A stretch of 62,181 nt of DNA, filler included, from Callorhinchus milii (Eukaryota), in assembly GCF_018977255.1 (NCBI RefSeq). It is 2 parts of 2 records of this genome, joined end to end, with 100 filler letters (N's around TTAATTAATTAA, not from the genome) between each part and the next. Parts side by side here need not be neighbours in the genome. Positions count along the whole stretch, not along the records: positions 1 to 31,136 come from NW_024705621.1; 1 more part is not named here. The stretch is one strand, 5' to 3'. Every line of letters starts with the position of its first letter. Position 1 is the first letter of the stretch. The notes below the pieces were generated by a model, which was given only the letters and a program-made list of their open reading frames with translations, ran no database searches and had not been told where the DNA came from. Positions 11,141-23,300 of this stretch are shown one piece after another. The translations under genes and the position numbers were made by a program.

Positions 11141-11500
11141 GATCCCGTGTCGAAGTCGGTGATGAGCTTCACCCGTGATCGCACGAACGCCCCCCTCGTC
11201 TGCTCCTCCTGTAGCCCTTTGAAACGCTCCCTCTTCTCGTATTCTCGGAGAAGAGCTTCCACGTCGGTGATGTCCGCGTTCTTCTGCCTGCTGCTCCCCC
11301 AGGTGTATTGTTGGCACAGCAGCCTGTGTTTGTACTTTGCCCACATCCCACCACTGGGCCAGGGATCGCACTGCGTTTTGGTTTTTCTCCACTCTTCCCA
11401 GAAATCCTCGAACATTTCTATGAAGGTGTAATGGGTTCCGGAGACACTTGTAGAGGTAACTTCTTTATTACAATCCAACACTCCAACAGTCCTGATACTC
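11141..11500 (-). mobile_element. Tx1-clade ORF2 fragment (post-endonuclease region)
   Basis: FEDFWEEWRK...QWWDVGK...LLCQQYT...RGAFVRSR, homologous to the 1335-1660 region. Confidence 0.75.
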
Positions 11501-11504
11501 TGTT

Positions 11505-11648
11505 ACAGCCTAGGTACACAGCCTAGGTACACAGCCTAGATACACAGCCTAGTACACAGCCTAGTACACAGCCTAGATACACAGCCTAGATACACAGCCT
11601 AGGTACACAGCCTAGGTACACAGCCTAGGTACACAGTCTAGATACACT
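11505..11648. repeat. 13-bp minisatellite (AGGTACACAGCCT), ~11 copies
   Basis: Direct reading; 12- and 13-bp variants. Confidence 0.95.
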
Positions 11649-12587
11649 ACTCTGGCTACGCTCTGGAACTCGCCCTCACAAGGACGTAGAGCCGGGAGTT
11701 CCAGAGTCCCACCACTGGCCCTCACAGCGTCCCAGGGTCCTGAGATGGCTGGTCTTGGGTCTTGGGTCTTGAGCTACAACTGGCCCTGATCGGCCAGGGA
11801 GCTGCCCTTTTATGCCTCGTCCCCAACGAGGGGTGGGGTGTGTGCGCCCCCAGATATCCCACAGAGCACACACAGCCCCCCCCCGTTGGTGGCGCCAAGG
11901 GCTTAACTGGCTGGGTTGTCTGGGATCCCAGCGCCTGGCGCCAAGGGGCTTAAGCGTCTGGGTTGCCTAGGGTCCCAGAGCCCCCAGCAGCCCCTCCCCT
12001 CTTATGTCACTACAAAGGCGCCATCCTCCAGCAGCGAGTTGTTGAAATGCCAGTGGCACGCGCCCTCGCGGGCTCTCTCCAGCCTGACCGGAGCACGATG
12101 AGGTTGTGGTTCGTGAAGGGCGCCATGCCAGACATCATGGCGCACGTCACGAAGATCTTTGAGATGCAAAATCTGTCGAGCCCGGACTGCGCCACTGATC
12201 CCATCGCGCCTCGTCTCGTGTACTATCCTCTCTCTCTCTCTCTCTCTCTTTTTTACGATCAGTGGAAACAAGAAGATGCTCGGTGTAGTCGGCACTTTGC
12301 TTCGTTCATCATTTCGTATTTTTTTTTTTAACTTTGCTTTATGTAAACCCCCACCTCTCGCTCACTCTCTCGCTCACTCTCTCGTTCTGCACGCAGCCCT
12401 TCTCGCAGTCCGACGGCCTCCGACGGGTAGCTCATATCAGCATGCAGAGCTCCCCGTCATCTGCCACCGAGCACACGGCCTCCTCCATCGCCCACTGCTC
12501 CTTGAAGGCCGGCACGGCGTGGGTCAGCCGCGCCGCATGGCGGAACTCCAGCCCACACACCCTGGCACCGACCAGAGCGCGGAAGAT

Positions 12588-12870
12588 GCTCTCTCTTCCC
12601 TCTCTCAATCCCATCTCTCTCCTACCTCTCTCCCTTTCGCTATCCCCCCTCTCTCGCCCTCCTATCTCTCTTATCTCTCTTTAAACCCCATTTCTCCTTC
12701 TCTCCCTTTCTCCCCCTCCTATCTCTATTCTCTCTCTCTCTCTCAATCCCAGCTCTCTCCCTCGCTATCTCTCTCTTCCTCCTCTCTTCACTCTCTCTCA
12801 ATAACCACCTCTCCCTCCATCCCTCCCTCCTATCTCTCTCCTCGCTCTCTCTCTCTCTCTCAATCTCATT
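12588..12870. repeat. CT-rich low-complexity tract
   Basis: Polypyrimidine tract with recurring CTCTCAATCCC units. Confidence 0.85.
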
Positions 12871-13310
12871 GACCCGTACGCATGGTGCTCCCGTAATTAA
12901 TTTATCGCCAGGAGAATAAATGAGCCTGACACACGCTCACGCACACACACGCACGAGATAATAATAATAATAATGAAGAAACAACACACACACCCATACA
13001 CACACACACTTAGAGAATGTAGAATTAATCCCACTCAGACGCCGAGGCAGGCGGGTCTTCGTCTGCATTCTAAATATTCGTCAGATCGAAGCGAGCAAGC
13101 AAAAACTGCGATGCGATTTTGTCATTTTAATAAATCATCAAATTAAATTACGTATCGTAGTGTCTGCCTACGCGTCTCTCTCTCTCTCTCTCAGGGGCCC
13201 TATGTTGTAATAGCTCCATCGCAGCTAAGCACACAGCCACAAACACTAATGGGGGTGGGGTTGGCGAGATTTCTGAGCACCGGTTCCAGTTGTTATCCCT
13301 CTCTGTAGGC

Positions 13311-13954
13311 CAGGGGTGGGGAACGTCCGGCCCGCGAGCCGTATAAGGCCCGCGAATCATTTGGTCCGGCCCTGCCAAGCAATAAATCTAGGAGCAAACC
13401 TGGAAAAGCAGTTGCGAGTAGCAACATCATCAATACCGGCTAACATCACACGCCTCGCCAGAGAGAAGCAGTTCCAGCCATCACATTATGGGTGAGTTAA
13501 TACTGGTAGGAAACTCTGGTTACACCAGCCCACAGGGGATTATTGTGTCCGTCCGTCGTGCATTCAAAAATGTGAGGGGTGGGGCTGGGTGGAGAGGGGT
13601 AGGGTGGGGAGGGGCTGGGTGGGGAGGGTGGGGGTGGGAGGGGTGGGGCTGGGCTGGGTGGGGAGGGGCTGGTCACCCCGTGGTGCCCTTATAAAACTCA
13701 ACGTTTAACCTACTCACGCCGGCTTGTGCCCGCCCTCACAGTCGGGCATATTTGCGGAATACACCACGCCGCCGTTGACCCTGGCCATTGACCGAGCAAC
13801 CCAACGTTCCTACCAGCTCCCTCCGCAGGAATGTGTTTAAATGTTTAACCAAATATAAGAGGCACATTTTTAAGCTCATAATTTTGTATGGCCCGCGAAT
13901 GATGTTATACAATTTCCCAATAGCCCTTGGCAGAAAAAAGGTTGCCCATCCCTG
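13311..13954. mobile_element. hAT (Charlie-like) non-autonomous element
   Basis: TIRs CAGGGGTGGGGAAC...GTTGCCCATCCCTG, subterminal GGCCCGCGA motifs, 8-bp TSD CTGTAGGC/CTGCAGGC (7/8 match). Confidence 0.8.
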
Positions 13955-14104
13955 CTGCAGGCCCACAACTGTGGCCGTGTAAGAGCAAAACATCGAGCGG
14001 TCGTCGTCTTCGTCACTCGCAACGCTTCGGTGCAGCCCCCAACAGCGATCTTGTCTCCCGTGTCCCACGACTTCCGTGTGGGCCACGTTGGGTGCCGCCG
14101 TGAC

Positions 14105-15745
14105 GAGATGTTAACTACCTCGCCTGGTGTACAGGAGGTCGTGGGTTCGATCCCGACCCTGACGATGCCTGCTGCTGTATATTTGGAGTTTGCGTCTCTC
14201 TCTCTCATCATCATCACGGTGGCTAGGAGATGTTAACTACCTCGCCTGGTATGCAGGAGGTCGTGGGTTCGATCCCGACCCTGACGCTGCTGCTGTGTAT
14301 TTGGAGTTTGCGTGTCTCTCTCTCTCATCATCATCACGGTGGCTAGGAGATGTTAACTACCTCGCCTGGTATACAGGAGGTCGTGGGTTCGATCCCGACC
14401 CTGACGCCTGCTGCTGTATTTGGAGTTTGCGGTCTCTCTCTCTCATCATCATCACGGTGGCTAGGAGATGTTAACTACCTCGCCTGGTATACAGGAGGTC
14501 GTGGGTTCGATCCCGACCCTGACGCCTGCTGCTGTATATTTGGAGTTTGCGTGTCTCTCTCTCATCATCATCATCACGGTGGCTAGGAGATGTTAACTAC
14601 CTCGCCTGGTATGCAGGAGGTCGTGGGTTCGATCCCGACCCTGACGCCTGCTGCTGTGTATTTGGAGTTTGCGTGCTCTCTCTCTCTCATCATCATCACG
14701 GTGGCTAGGAGATGTTAACTACCTCGCCTGGTATGCAGGAGGTCGTGGGTTCGATCCCGACCCTGACATGCCTGCTGCTGTATATTTGGAGTTTGCGTGT
14801 CTCTCTCTCTCATCATCATCACGGTGGCTAGGAGATGTTAACTACCTCGCCTGGTATGCAGGAGGTCGTGGGTTCGATCCCGACCCTGACGATGCCTGCT
14901 GTATATTTGGAGTTTGCGTGTCTCTCTCTCATCATCATCACGGTGGCTAGGAGATGTTAACTACCTCGCCTGGTATGCAGGAGGTCGTGGGTTCGATCCC
15001 GACCCTGACGCCTGCTGCTGTATATTTGGAGTTTGCGTGTCTCTCTCTCATCATCATCACGGTGGCTAGGAGATGTTAACTACCTCGCCTGGTATGCAGG
15101 AGGTCGTGGGTTCGATCCCGACCCTGACGCCTGCTGCTGTATATTTGGAGTTTGCGTGTCTCTCTCTCTCATCATCATCACGGTGGCTAGGAGATGTTAA
15201 CTACCTCGCCTGGTATACAGGAGGTCGTGGGTTCGATCCCACCCTGACGACCTGCTGCTGTATATTTGGAGTCTGCGTGTCTCTCTCTCTCATCATCATC
15301 ACGGTGGCTAGGAGATGTTAACTACCTCGCCTGGTATGCAGGAGGTCGTGGGTTCGATCCCGACCCTGACGCCTGCTGCTGTATATTTGGAGTTTGCGTG
15401 TCTCTCTCTCTCATCATCATCACGGTGGCTAGGAGATGTTAACTACCTCGCCTGGTATACAGGAGGTCGTGGGTTCGATCCCGACCCTGACGCCTGCTGC
15501 TGTATATTTGGAGTTTGCGTGTCTTCTCTCTCCGTGGTCGCGTGGATTTTTCTCAGGGTCCTCCGGTTTTTTCCTCCACATTTCGAATCAACATCAGCGA
15601 TTCGAGCATGTGGCTGCTATAGATGTCACAGGATGATGATAAGCCACTTCTTTGGGCTATCAATTTGTGGCCAGGTCGCTTCTGAAAGTTAGCCATGTAG
15701 CTCAGTGGGCCTTAACCGGGTAAAAAAATCATAATAATAGTTTAA
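14105..15745 (+). mobile_element. V-SINE (Lam1-like) with 12 tandem ~120-bp tRNA-derived heads and one body/tail
   Basis: Each unit has TGGCTAGGAGATG (A-box-like) and GGTTCGATCCC (B box). The last unit continues into a V-domain-like TGGAGTTTGCGTGT...CGTGGATTTTTCTCAGGGTCCTCCGG and an AT-rich tail. Confidence 0.85.
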
Positions 15746-16534
15746 AATAGTTTAATAACCCCCCCCCCCCCCGACACGCGCGTATGTCTACCAGTGGATT
15801 GACAACAGCGCAGGACACACAACGGTGGCTGACCGGGGGTCCCCAGGAGGCGAAATCGCACTTCTCGACCCCAAGACACAGGTTGTGACTCTGCCGTGTC
15901 GTCTTCGTCGATCGACACTTAAACAAAACAAAAAAACCTAACACAGCCAAAACCTTGTCGCGAAGTTCCCCGTACCCAGCATGCCGTCTTCCAACAGCGC
16001 CGAGTCGGCACTCACCGACAAAATAACGACGTTGATCCCTGAATTCACTTGGTTCCCACGACTACCATTCGATGGTTTGGCTGGTCCCACGAAAAGGAAT
16101 TTGACACGGACGTCTCACCGCTGCGCCCACCAATTCTACTGCGGGGTCGCGCCTTCTTCCCGACAGGGGCCGCCGCGCTGTGCAATGGTCGGCACGCTGG
16201 ACGTGTGGTCCAATCCAGAGGTCACCGGTTCAATCGAATCAATTCATCTCACGGCACAGGAGTTAAAACAATAAGCGCGTTCTGCAAATCGCCCCCTCCC
16301 CCAGCCACCCCCGCCCCCTACCCGGCTTGTCCAGCCGGCAGCAGAAATGGGCACACCGCATTCAGTCGATCGGGAAAGAAGGTCGCGTGTGGTGCCACCT
16401 GTGCCAAGCCGTGTGACCGGTGTGGCAGAGTAGGGCACCCCCCTCCCTCTCGAGAGGGACTGTCATCTGGAGGCCCTTCTGCAGGCAGCGGTGCAAGCAA
16501 GCCTATTGAAGGCTGCACCTTCTTCCCGAACGGT

Positions 16535-16620
16535 CAGTCGGTTGATTGATCAGTTGTTCAATCGATCGGTCAATCGATCGGTCAATCAATCGATTGGTCG
16601 GTCAATCGATCGGTCGGCCA
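16535..16620. repeat. TCAATCGATCGG-type short tandem repeat
   Basis: Direct reading. Confidence 0.8.
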
Positions 16621-17025
16621 AAAGTCCCGTCCCACTGCATGCACGCAGAATGGTGGGCAGAGGAGCAGAAAAGCGCGTCGCACCAAACGAAGCTTTGTAC
16701 AAGCAGCAGCAGCAGCAATGACGATTCAGCTGCACGCAACAATCACTAAAACTACATTGGGGGATGTTTCTTTTCTTTTAAGCACATGCCGTTAATCACC
16801 GCGGTACCAAAAAAACCACATTGTTTAAAAAAATAATACCAATTAAAAACGTTAAAAGAGGAATTCCATTCTTTTAGAAAAAACAACATTCATCGTAATT
16901 GTAACAATAACGTGTCGTCGACGAGAGGGAGTTTTGTAATGCTTCGCTTCGGAGGAAACGTTCGGCCATAGCGCCGCACAGAAGCGGTGGCCGCTCCTCG
17001 GCAAGACCCTGGGAGGAGGAGTCAT

Positions 17026-17152
17026 CGCGCGCGACACCCCGGGCGCGCGACACCCCGGGGAGCGCGACACCCCGGGGAGCGCGACACCCCGGGGCGCGCG
17101 ACACCCCGGGGGCGCGTGACACCCCGGGGCGCGCGACACCCGTGGGGCGCGC
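17026..17152. repeat. CpG-rich ~18-19-bp tandem repeat (GCGCGACACCCCGGGG), ~7 copies
   Basis: Direct reading. Confidence 0.9.
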
Positions 17153-20100
17153 GCCGCCTCGCGCTGTCCGCACGCAGCAGCAGCAGCATTGGCAGTGGAG
17201 CTGGGCGGATTGGCCGCTGCAAAATTGCAAATCGACTCTTGGTCGATTTTTAGGGCCACTTTATAAATGGCTGCCGCTGCTGCCGCTGCTGCCGCCCCCC
17301 CCCCCTCACATTGTTTCCTGAAACCCTTCCCCCCGCCCATCACCTCCCGTCCAGCGGCACACATGGAAGCAGAGGTTATCCCCCCCGCCCCCTCCCCAAT
17401 AATTTCACGCGATCCTGTGTCAAGTACTCGAACCGATGATTAGAGATCGATCGATTGGATGCTGCCGGGGTTAGCAAACTGGGCGCGCAATCCACGGAGG
17501 CCGTCGATTAGAATTCCAGGTGTGCGCCTCTGTCCTGCCAGCGGTATCAATGTGTGCACCACAGACAGGCGATCGGCAGGCCGTGTGTGGCAGAGTAGAG
17601 ATTGGGGACTGCCCCACTTCTTCAAAAGTCGAGGCGAACGTGGCAGAGCAGGCCAAAACAATCATCGAGAGCAGCGGTTCTGAAACTTTTGTTCGCGACT
17701 TTACCCCACCTTGTTGAATTGTCTCAACTGAGTAAGCCCCCCCACCCGCCTTGCCTGACCCAACATGGTTCTGAGAAATAAATGTACGAATAAGGAACAT
17801 CAATATTTGAAGAAATTTTCCATTTTTTTTATGTATCCCTAACTAGCTGCTAGAAACTGCACGGGTGATGAAATTAGTTGGCGCTCGCTGGCTACTCCTG
17901 GAAACCAACACCGTCTACGATAAACCGAGTTTAGAAAGTTATTCTACATCGTTGTAGGTTACCATGTGGATTTAAATTGTATCGTAGTTACTTTATAGTG
18001 GCAGATTCATACATCATGACTCTCACGTACGATATAACTTCACACATTTATAAATCGTCTCACGTAACCCCCCCTCCTCACCCGGTTGAGAACCACTGCC
18101 CTGGAGGGTCTCTCCTGGGCTTCCCCCAGTGGGAAGCCGTCCCTGCAGGGGCCGCGAGTTTCATCGATTTGACTCGAATGATCGGAGAGCCGAGCGGCTG
18201 CACCACAGCAAGAGAGGGGGGGGGGGGCATGAGGAGGTGTACGTCGTACTGCCTCGCGGCGACCCTCACGGATATTCGGTCACGGTGGAACACGGGCAAA
18301 AGGGGCCGTTCGTTGCCGACGCTGCGAATTCCAAAACCTGAAAGTTGAATGGGGGGGGGGGCTACAAAGTCGCGGTGAGGTTATGGGTGGGGTTGTACGC
18401 AAGTACGTTGAACTTCTTTCGCACCGTACGTAGCCAAAGCGTGATAGTCGGCGGTGTGGGTGGGACAACTAAACGAAAAAAAGCAGTTCTAAAGAATTGA
18501 GAATTGAGTTTTCAATCCAGATAGTTAAAAGCGCATAGCTCCGATGGCTCGGAGTCGGTGGCAAGGATACTACTGCCACGGCGAGGGAATGGCCGACTAT
18601 TCGGTTGACGTTCGTCTTGGCCCCAATGGTCTACGAGAAGCACAGCACTCGTGGCCGGGCTAGTTTGTCAGGATCAATGCTTGGGCTCGTATTAATGTCT
18701 TGGTTGGCTATTTAGTTTGACTTCAGCCAGTGCAAGAGCTAGTTAAGTGGCCGGATGGTTAAAAGAGACTCATGGTTTGCTACTTGTTAGCACTAAAGAT
18801 AGGAATGGTACCGGCGACTGGTTTGTGAGATGGTTAGAGTCACAGCGAGGACTACTACTAGCGGCTGGGTGGCTCGTTGGTTAGGGTGAGTGGTAGCATG
18901 AGTACTTGTGGCTGGTTAGCCAGATGGGGTCACAGCCAGGGCTGGTACGAGTGGCTGGGTGGCCAGCTGGGTTAGTGTTCAGACGTCAGGCCAGAGTTTG
19001 CTTCGTCTGTCCCTCCTCCCCATTGCAACAATGTCGAGCCGTTCCAGTTTTTGGCCGCGTAAATCTTTTACGGGATTTGGAGCTTCTCACCCCCCCCCCC
19101 CCACTGCCTCCTTCAGCACTTGACACACGAGCGCTACGAAAGGGAATGCCGTAGCCGTCACCGGAACGGCAACGGCGCGACCACCACCACCGACAGACAA
19201 GGAGCCCGGTCGCCTGTACACATCCGCAACCCGAACGCGACTATTTAACACCTTGCACGCACGCGCAAGCGGACGCACGCGCACACTCGCGCACGTGGAC
19301 ACGGGGAGGGGCTAAGGGGAGTGTGAAGGAAGACGGCAGGCGTGTAACGATGCAACGATTCGCCGATTCAGAGATTCAAACGCTCGCGATAACATGCATG
19401 GAACCGCGCAAGAATCGGTCATTTGCGACTCGCGCAAATCATATGTACGTTTAGGAGGACGACGTGACGAGACAGACCACACGAACGACAGGCGAGAACG
19501 AGACGGGATGGGACCGTACGAACGAGGCGGCGGCAATGTAATTAAGATGATATAGAGTACGAGAGAATGGGATGCCGTGTCCGTGGCAGAATGGCATCTC
19601 GTGCACGAGACGGAAAAAATGAGAAGGAACATCCAAGAGGCCATAGAAATTGAGACAAGACGGTAGAAATGAGACGGAGCGTACGGAGACAGGCAAAACA
19701 AAGCTTGCGGCACACACGCGCCGAACGGTACAAGACAGACGGTACAGACATGGTGCAAGCAAAAGAAAATACAATGGATTCTTGAAACGAACATTGACCC
19801 TCAAATCACGACAAATCCATCCGATGGGTGGGAGGGGGGTGAGCTGGTGTCAACGTGTACAGGAGGGGACACGGTGAAATGTACTTTTGCTTCCGGTAGA
19901 AACCGGCACGTGCAGCGCTGCGGCCTCGCACTCCGCAGGGCACGTTCAATAAAATTTGATTCAACATTTGTTTTTAACAACGCACAGACGGGGGGGGGCA
20001 GGGTGGAGTGGAGGGAGGGAGGGGTAGGGTCGTCGATTGGGCCAGCACCACTTGTGTGAGTGTATGGGAGGCGTGAAGTGAGTTGGGGAGATTGGGGGTC

Positions 20101-20302
20101 GTGTGTGTGTGGGGGGCGGGGTGGTGGGGGCAGGAGTTGGGGGAGGGGGGGACGGTGTGTGTGGGTGTTGGGGCGGTCCCCGGGGTTGAGGGGACGCAGG
20201 GGTCAGCTCGTGCCGTGGCGCGTCGAGGAGTCCGGGTGCGGTGGAGAGGTAAGGTTCCGCCGGCGGGTGTCGGTGTCGTCGTCGTCGTCCGTGGTAAGGC
20301 CG

Positions 20303-23300
20303 TTACCACGTGTCGTCCATATCCACGGGACCCTGCCGGGAGGCGCACACGGAAACGCGGCCGTAGTAAATAAAGAAATATAATGACTACCGCAGAGACG
20401 CTCACCGCCGGCGTGTCGGGGCGTGCCGCTCCCTAGCCGCGCACAACTCCGCGGTCTCGGTGACGGCGGGTCCACGCCCGAGCGATCGGCGCGCCGCTCC
20501 GTTGCTCGCAGGAGAGAGACGGACTTGGCTTACGGCGGCGGCGGCGGCAAATCGTCGCCAACCCCCCCCCCAACCCCAGGACGGGAAAATTTGGCAGGAC
20601 CCTCCTGAAAAAAGTCTTGAGACTCGCCGAGGCTTTCCGAGGTAAACGAAGTGCGCTGTTACGATGATGGGCATTACGATTGTCTTCCTTACCAGCTCCT
20701 CCTCCTTGTATGGGTTGAGCCGGTTGTACGCCGCTTCGATCACTCCGCGCCTGCCAAACAAAACACAAGCATCGGCATGAACCGGGGCGACAAGCTCACG
20801 AGCGGCCGTGAGGTCGGAACGCGCTCAGGGGTTAGAGAACAACGCTGCAGAGCCGTATGACCCACGAAGCGACATCACAGAGCTATATCACCACAAACGC
20901 GAGGGCGTGTGTGTGGCGTGTGTGTGGCGTGTGTGTGGCGTGTGTGTGGCGTACGTTAGCGATAGTGCGCAGCGGTGGGCGCACTGCACTACGAACCCGG
21001 CGACCCGAGTTCGATATCAGCTCAAGGCCAAAATCGGTGGCGAATATCTAAATCGGTCGCGGTGGTGAGATGTTAACTACCTTGTCTGGTATGCAGGAGG
21101 TCGTGGGTTCGATGCCGACCCTGACGCCTGTATGTTTTGAAATGTGCGTGTTCTTCCCGCGGTCGCGTGGATTTTTCTCCGGGTCCTCCGGTTTTTCCCT
21201 CCTCATTTAGGGTCAACGTCTCGCGTTTAGATAATTTGGCTGCTATAAATGTCCACGTGATAAGCCAACTTCGTTGAGCTTTCATTTGTGATGACCAGGT
21301 CGCTTCCTACATAGCTCAGTGGGCCTCACCCGGTAAAGCAAAAATTAGCTGAGTTTAGTTTTAGTTTAGTCCTGGGCCTCCCCTAGGTCGACTCGGGCTT
21401 AAACGAGTAGCCGGTGCGGCGTGTAAAACAACAGCGCAGGGGAGCGACAGATGTGGTGGCCTGCGCATGGTGCTGGCCACACCACCCCTGGCATTCACAG
21501 ATACCCGCTACCGGCACTTGACTCAAGAAGCCTAGAGGCTACACGAGGTCGGGGGAGATCTTTGCCTTTGTTTTTGTCGGGGAGGAGGGGGGGGAAATCA
21601 CATTTCTCAATAACACTGTGGGGCCTTCAAAAATAAGAAATACATAACACGCGACGTTTCGAACAATGGCCCTTTTTCAGTGCACATTCATTCACGCACT
21701 GCCAAGCGCAGCTCGATGACAAATTAACGCGTTTAATTGTTGTTGTTGTTGCGTGACTGTGTGTGTGGGCAGAAAGGCCGCCCCCCCCCACCCCCGCCCC
21801 CTCACTTGCTGGCGAGCCCCCCGCCGGGCGGGAGGTTGGGGATTGGCTCGGTGGCCATGGTCCTCATGACGTAGAGGAGGTCGGGCATCCCCTCCATGCC
21901 GTGCTTCTCCAGGATCTCTGCTCCACAACAAACACAAAGGTCCCGCCACCCCCCCCCCCACACACACCGTATTGCCTTAATAGACTGTTGAGGCAAGTGC
22001 AGTTAGCCAGCACCTACGTACGTATGTTGAATTTCTTTCACACCGTACGTAGCCGACCGTGTTAATCAGAGGTGCGGGGAAAGACAACATACGTACATAA
22101 AGCAGTACTCAAGAAATGAGCTTTCAAACTATATAGGCCGGCACGGCACCACGCCCGGCCGCCTTTGTCTCCCTGAGTGGCAAATATTAAACATCGCACC
22201 AAGTAATCATTTGAGGCTGAGTCAACCTTGGGACACACACACACGTGCACAGATGCGCAAATGAACACACGTGCGTGCACGCTCGTACATGTACACACGC
22301 ACACAACGCACGCGCCTCGTTTATACCGTCTCATTTGTTCCGTCCCTGTTCCTCGTATGGAGCCGATGGGCCTCATTTGTTCCGTCTCGCCCGTGTTCCC
22401 GTTACAAACCAGAATAACGAAAGTGCTCTCTCAATCTTGGTGTGCGACGAAAAAATTCGATTCTTTAACGCGCACTTCCGCCAGATCGACCGAGCGAATG
22501 AATCGTCACGGACTTCCAAGTCATCGCCAATTTACATTAAAAAGGCACAACCGTTTGCCGCCGCCGCCACCACTGTCCGGTTCCCACCCAGCATGCCGTG
22601 CGGCTCACGCTGACCTTCCCCACCCCCCCGCAACCCTCGCTCGCCCACTGACCTTCGACTTTCGCCTCCAGGTAAGCGTCGAGTTCCGCCTCGCGCTTGA
22701 TGGCCTCGGGGCAGGGCTTGGGCGCGCCGGGGAACGTGACCAGCACGACGCTCATGTTGTCCCGGCTCCCCTGGTGGGGGGAGGGTCACACAGCAACACA
22801 CGTTCATTCATTCCTCCACATTCATTCGTTCGTTCGTCACCGCCAAATTCATTGGTGCACACACACAGGCCTTCTGTCAATCCACTGCTGGATGAAGGCC
22901 CTCCCCTACTCGGTCGGAGAATGCGACGGGCGAGACTCTCAACGACGTCTCGGCCCCTCACTTAATCCTGCGTCAACCTTCGGAAGTCCCGGCACCGGTT
23001 CAGATAATTAATCGTTACCGGTGTTGGTGGCTGTGAGCGGGAATCGAACTCGGGTCACCGGGTTCGTAGCGCAGCACGTTAACTGCTACGACTTTCACTC
23101 CCCACACCCACAAAAACAAAGATCCTCCGCATAGCCTCAACAGATTGTTTGAGCAAGTGCCTTTAGCGAGTAGCACCGATGAAGGATCGGTACACAAGGG
23201 GTTGAGTGGCCAACACCACGCCCGGCCGCCTTTGTCTCCCGAGTCGACCTAGGGGAGGCCCAGGACCGGTTCAGATAATCGTCACCGGTGTTGGCCATGA

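Noticed and set aside
12060..12205. Possible LINE ORF1 (ZCCHC3-like) fragment, STMRLWFVKGAMPD
   Set aside because: Similarity too short and weak to call by eye.
14105..15540. CRISPR array or tRNA gene cluster
   Set aside because: Units are whole ~120-bp repeats without unique spacers, there are no cas genes, and no complete cloverleaf is visible. They are SINE heads.
15980..18340. GC-rich non-repetitive segments with short ORFs and a candidate acceptor near 18338
   Set aside because: No recognisable protein motif or consistent exon chain; could be UTR or unclassified repeats.
20406..20504. Possible 99-nt cassette exon in the last PPM1B intron (GAG acceptor, GTGAG donor)
   Set aside because: Weak acceptor, in-frame TAG and no recognisable homology; unsupported without RNA data.
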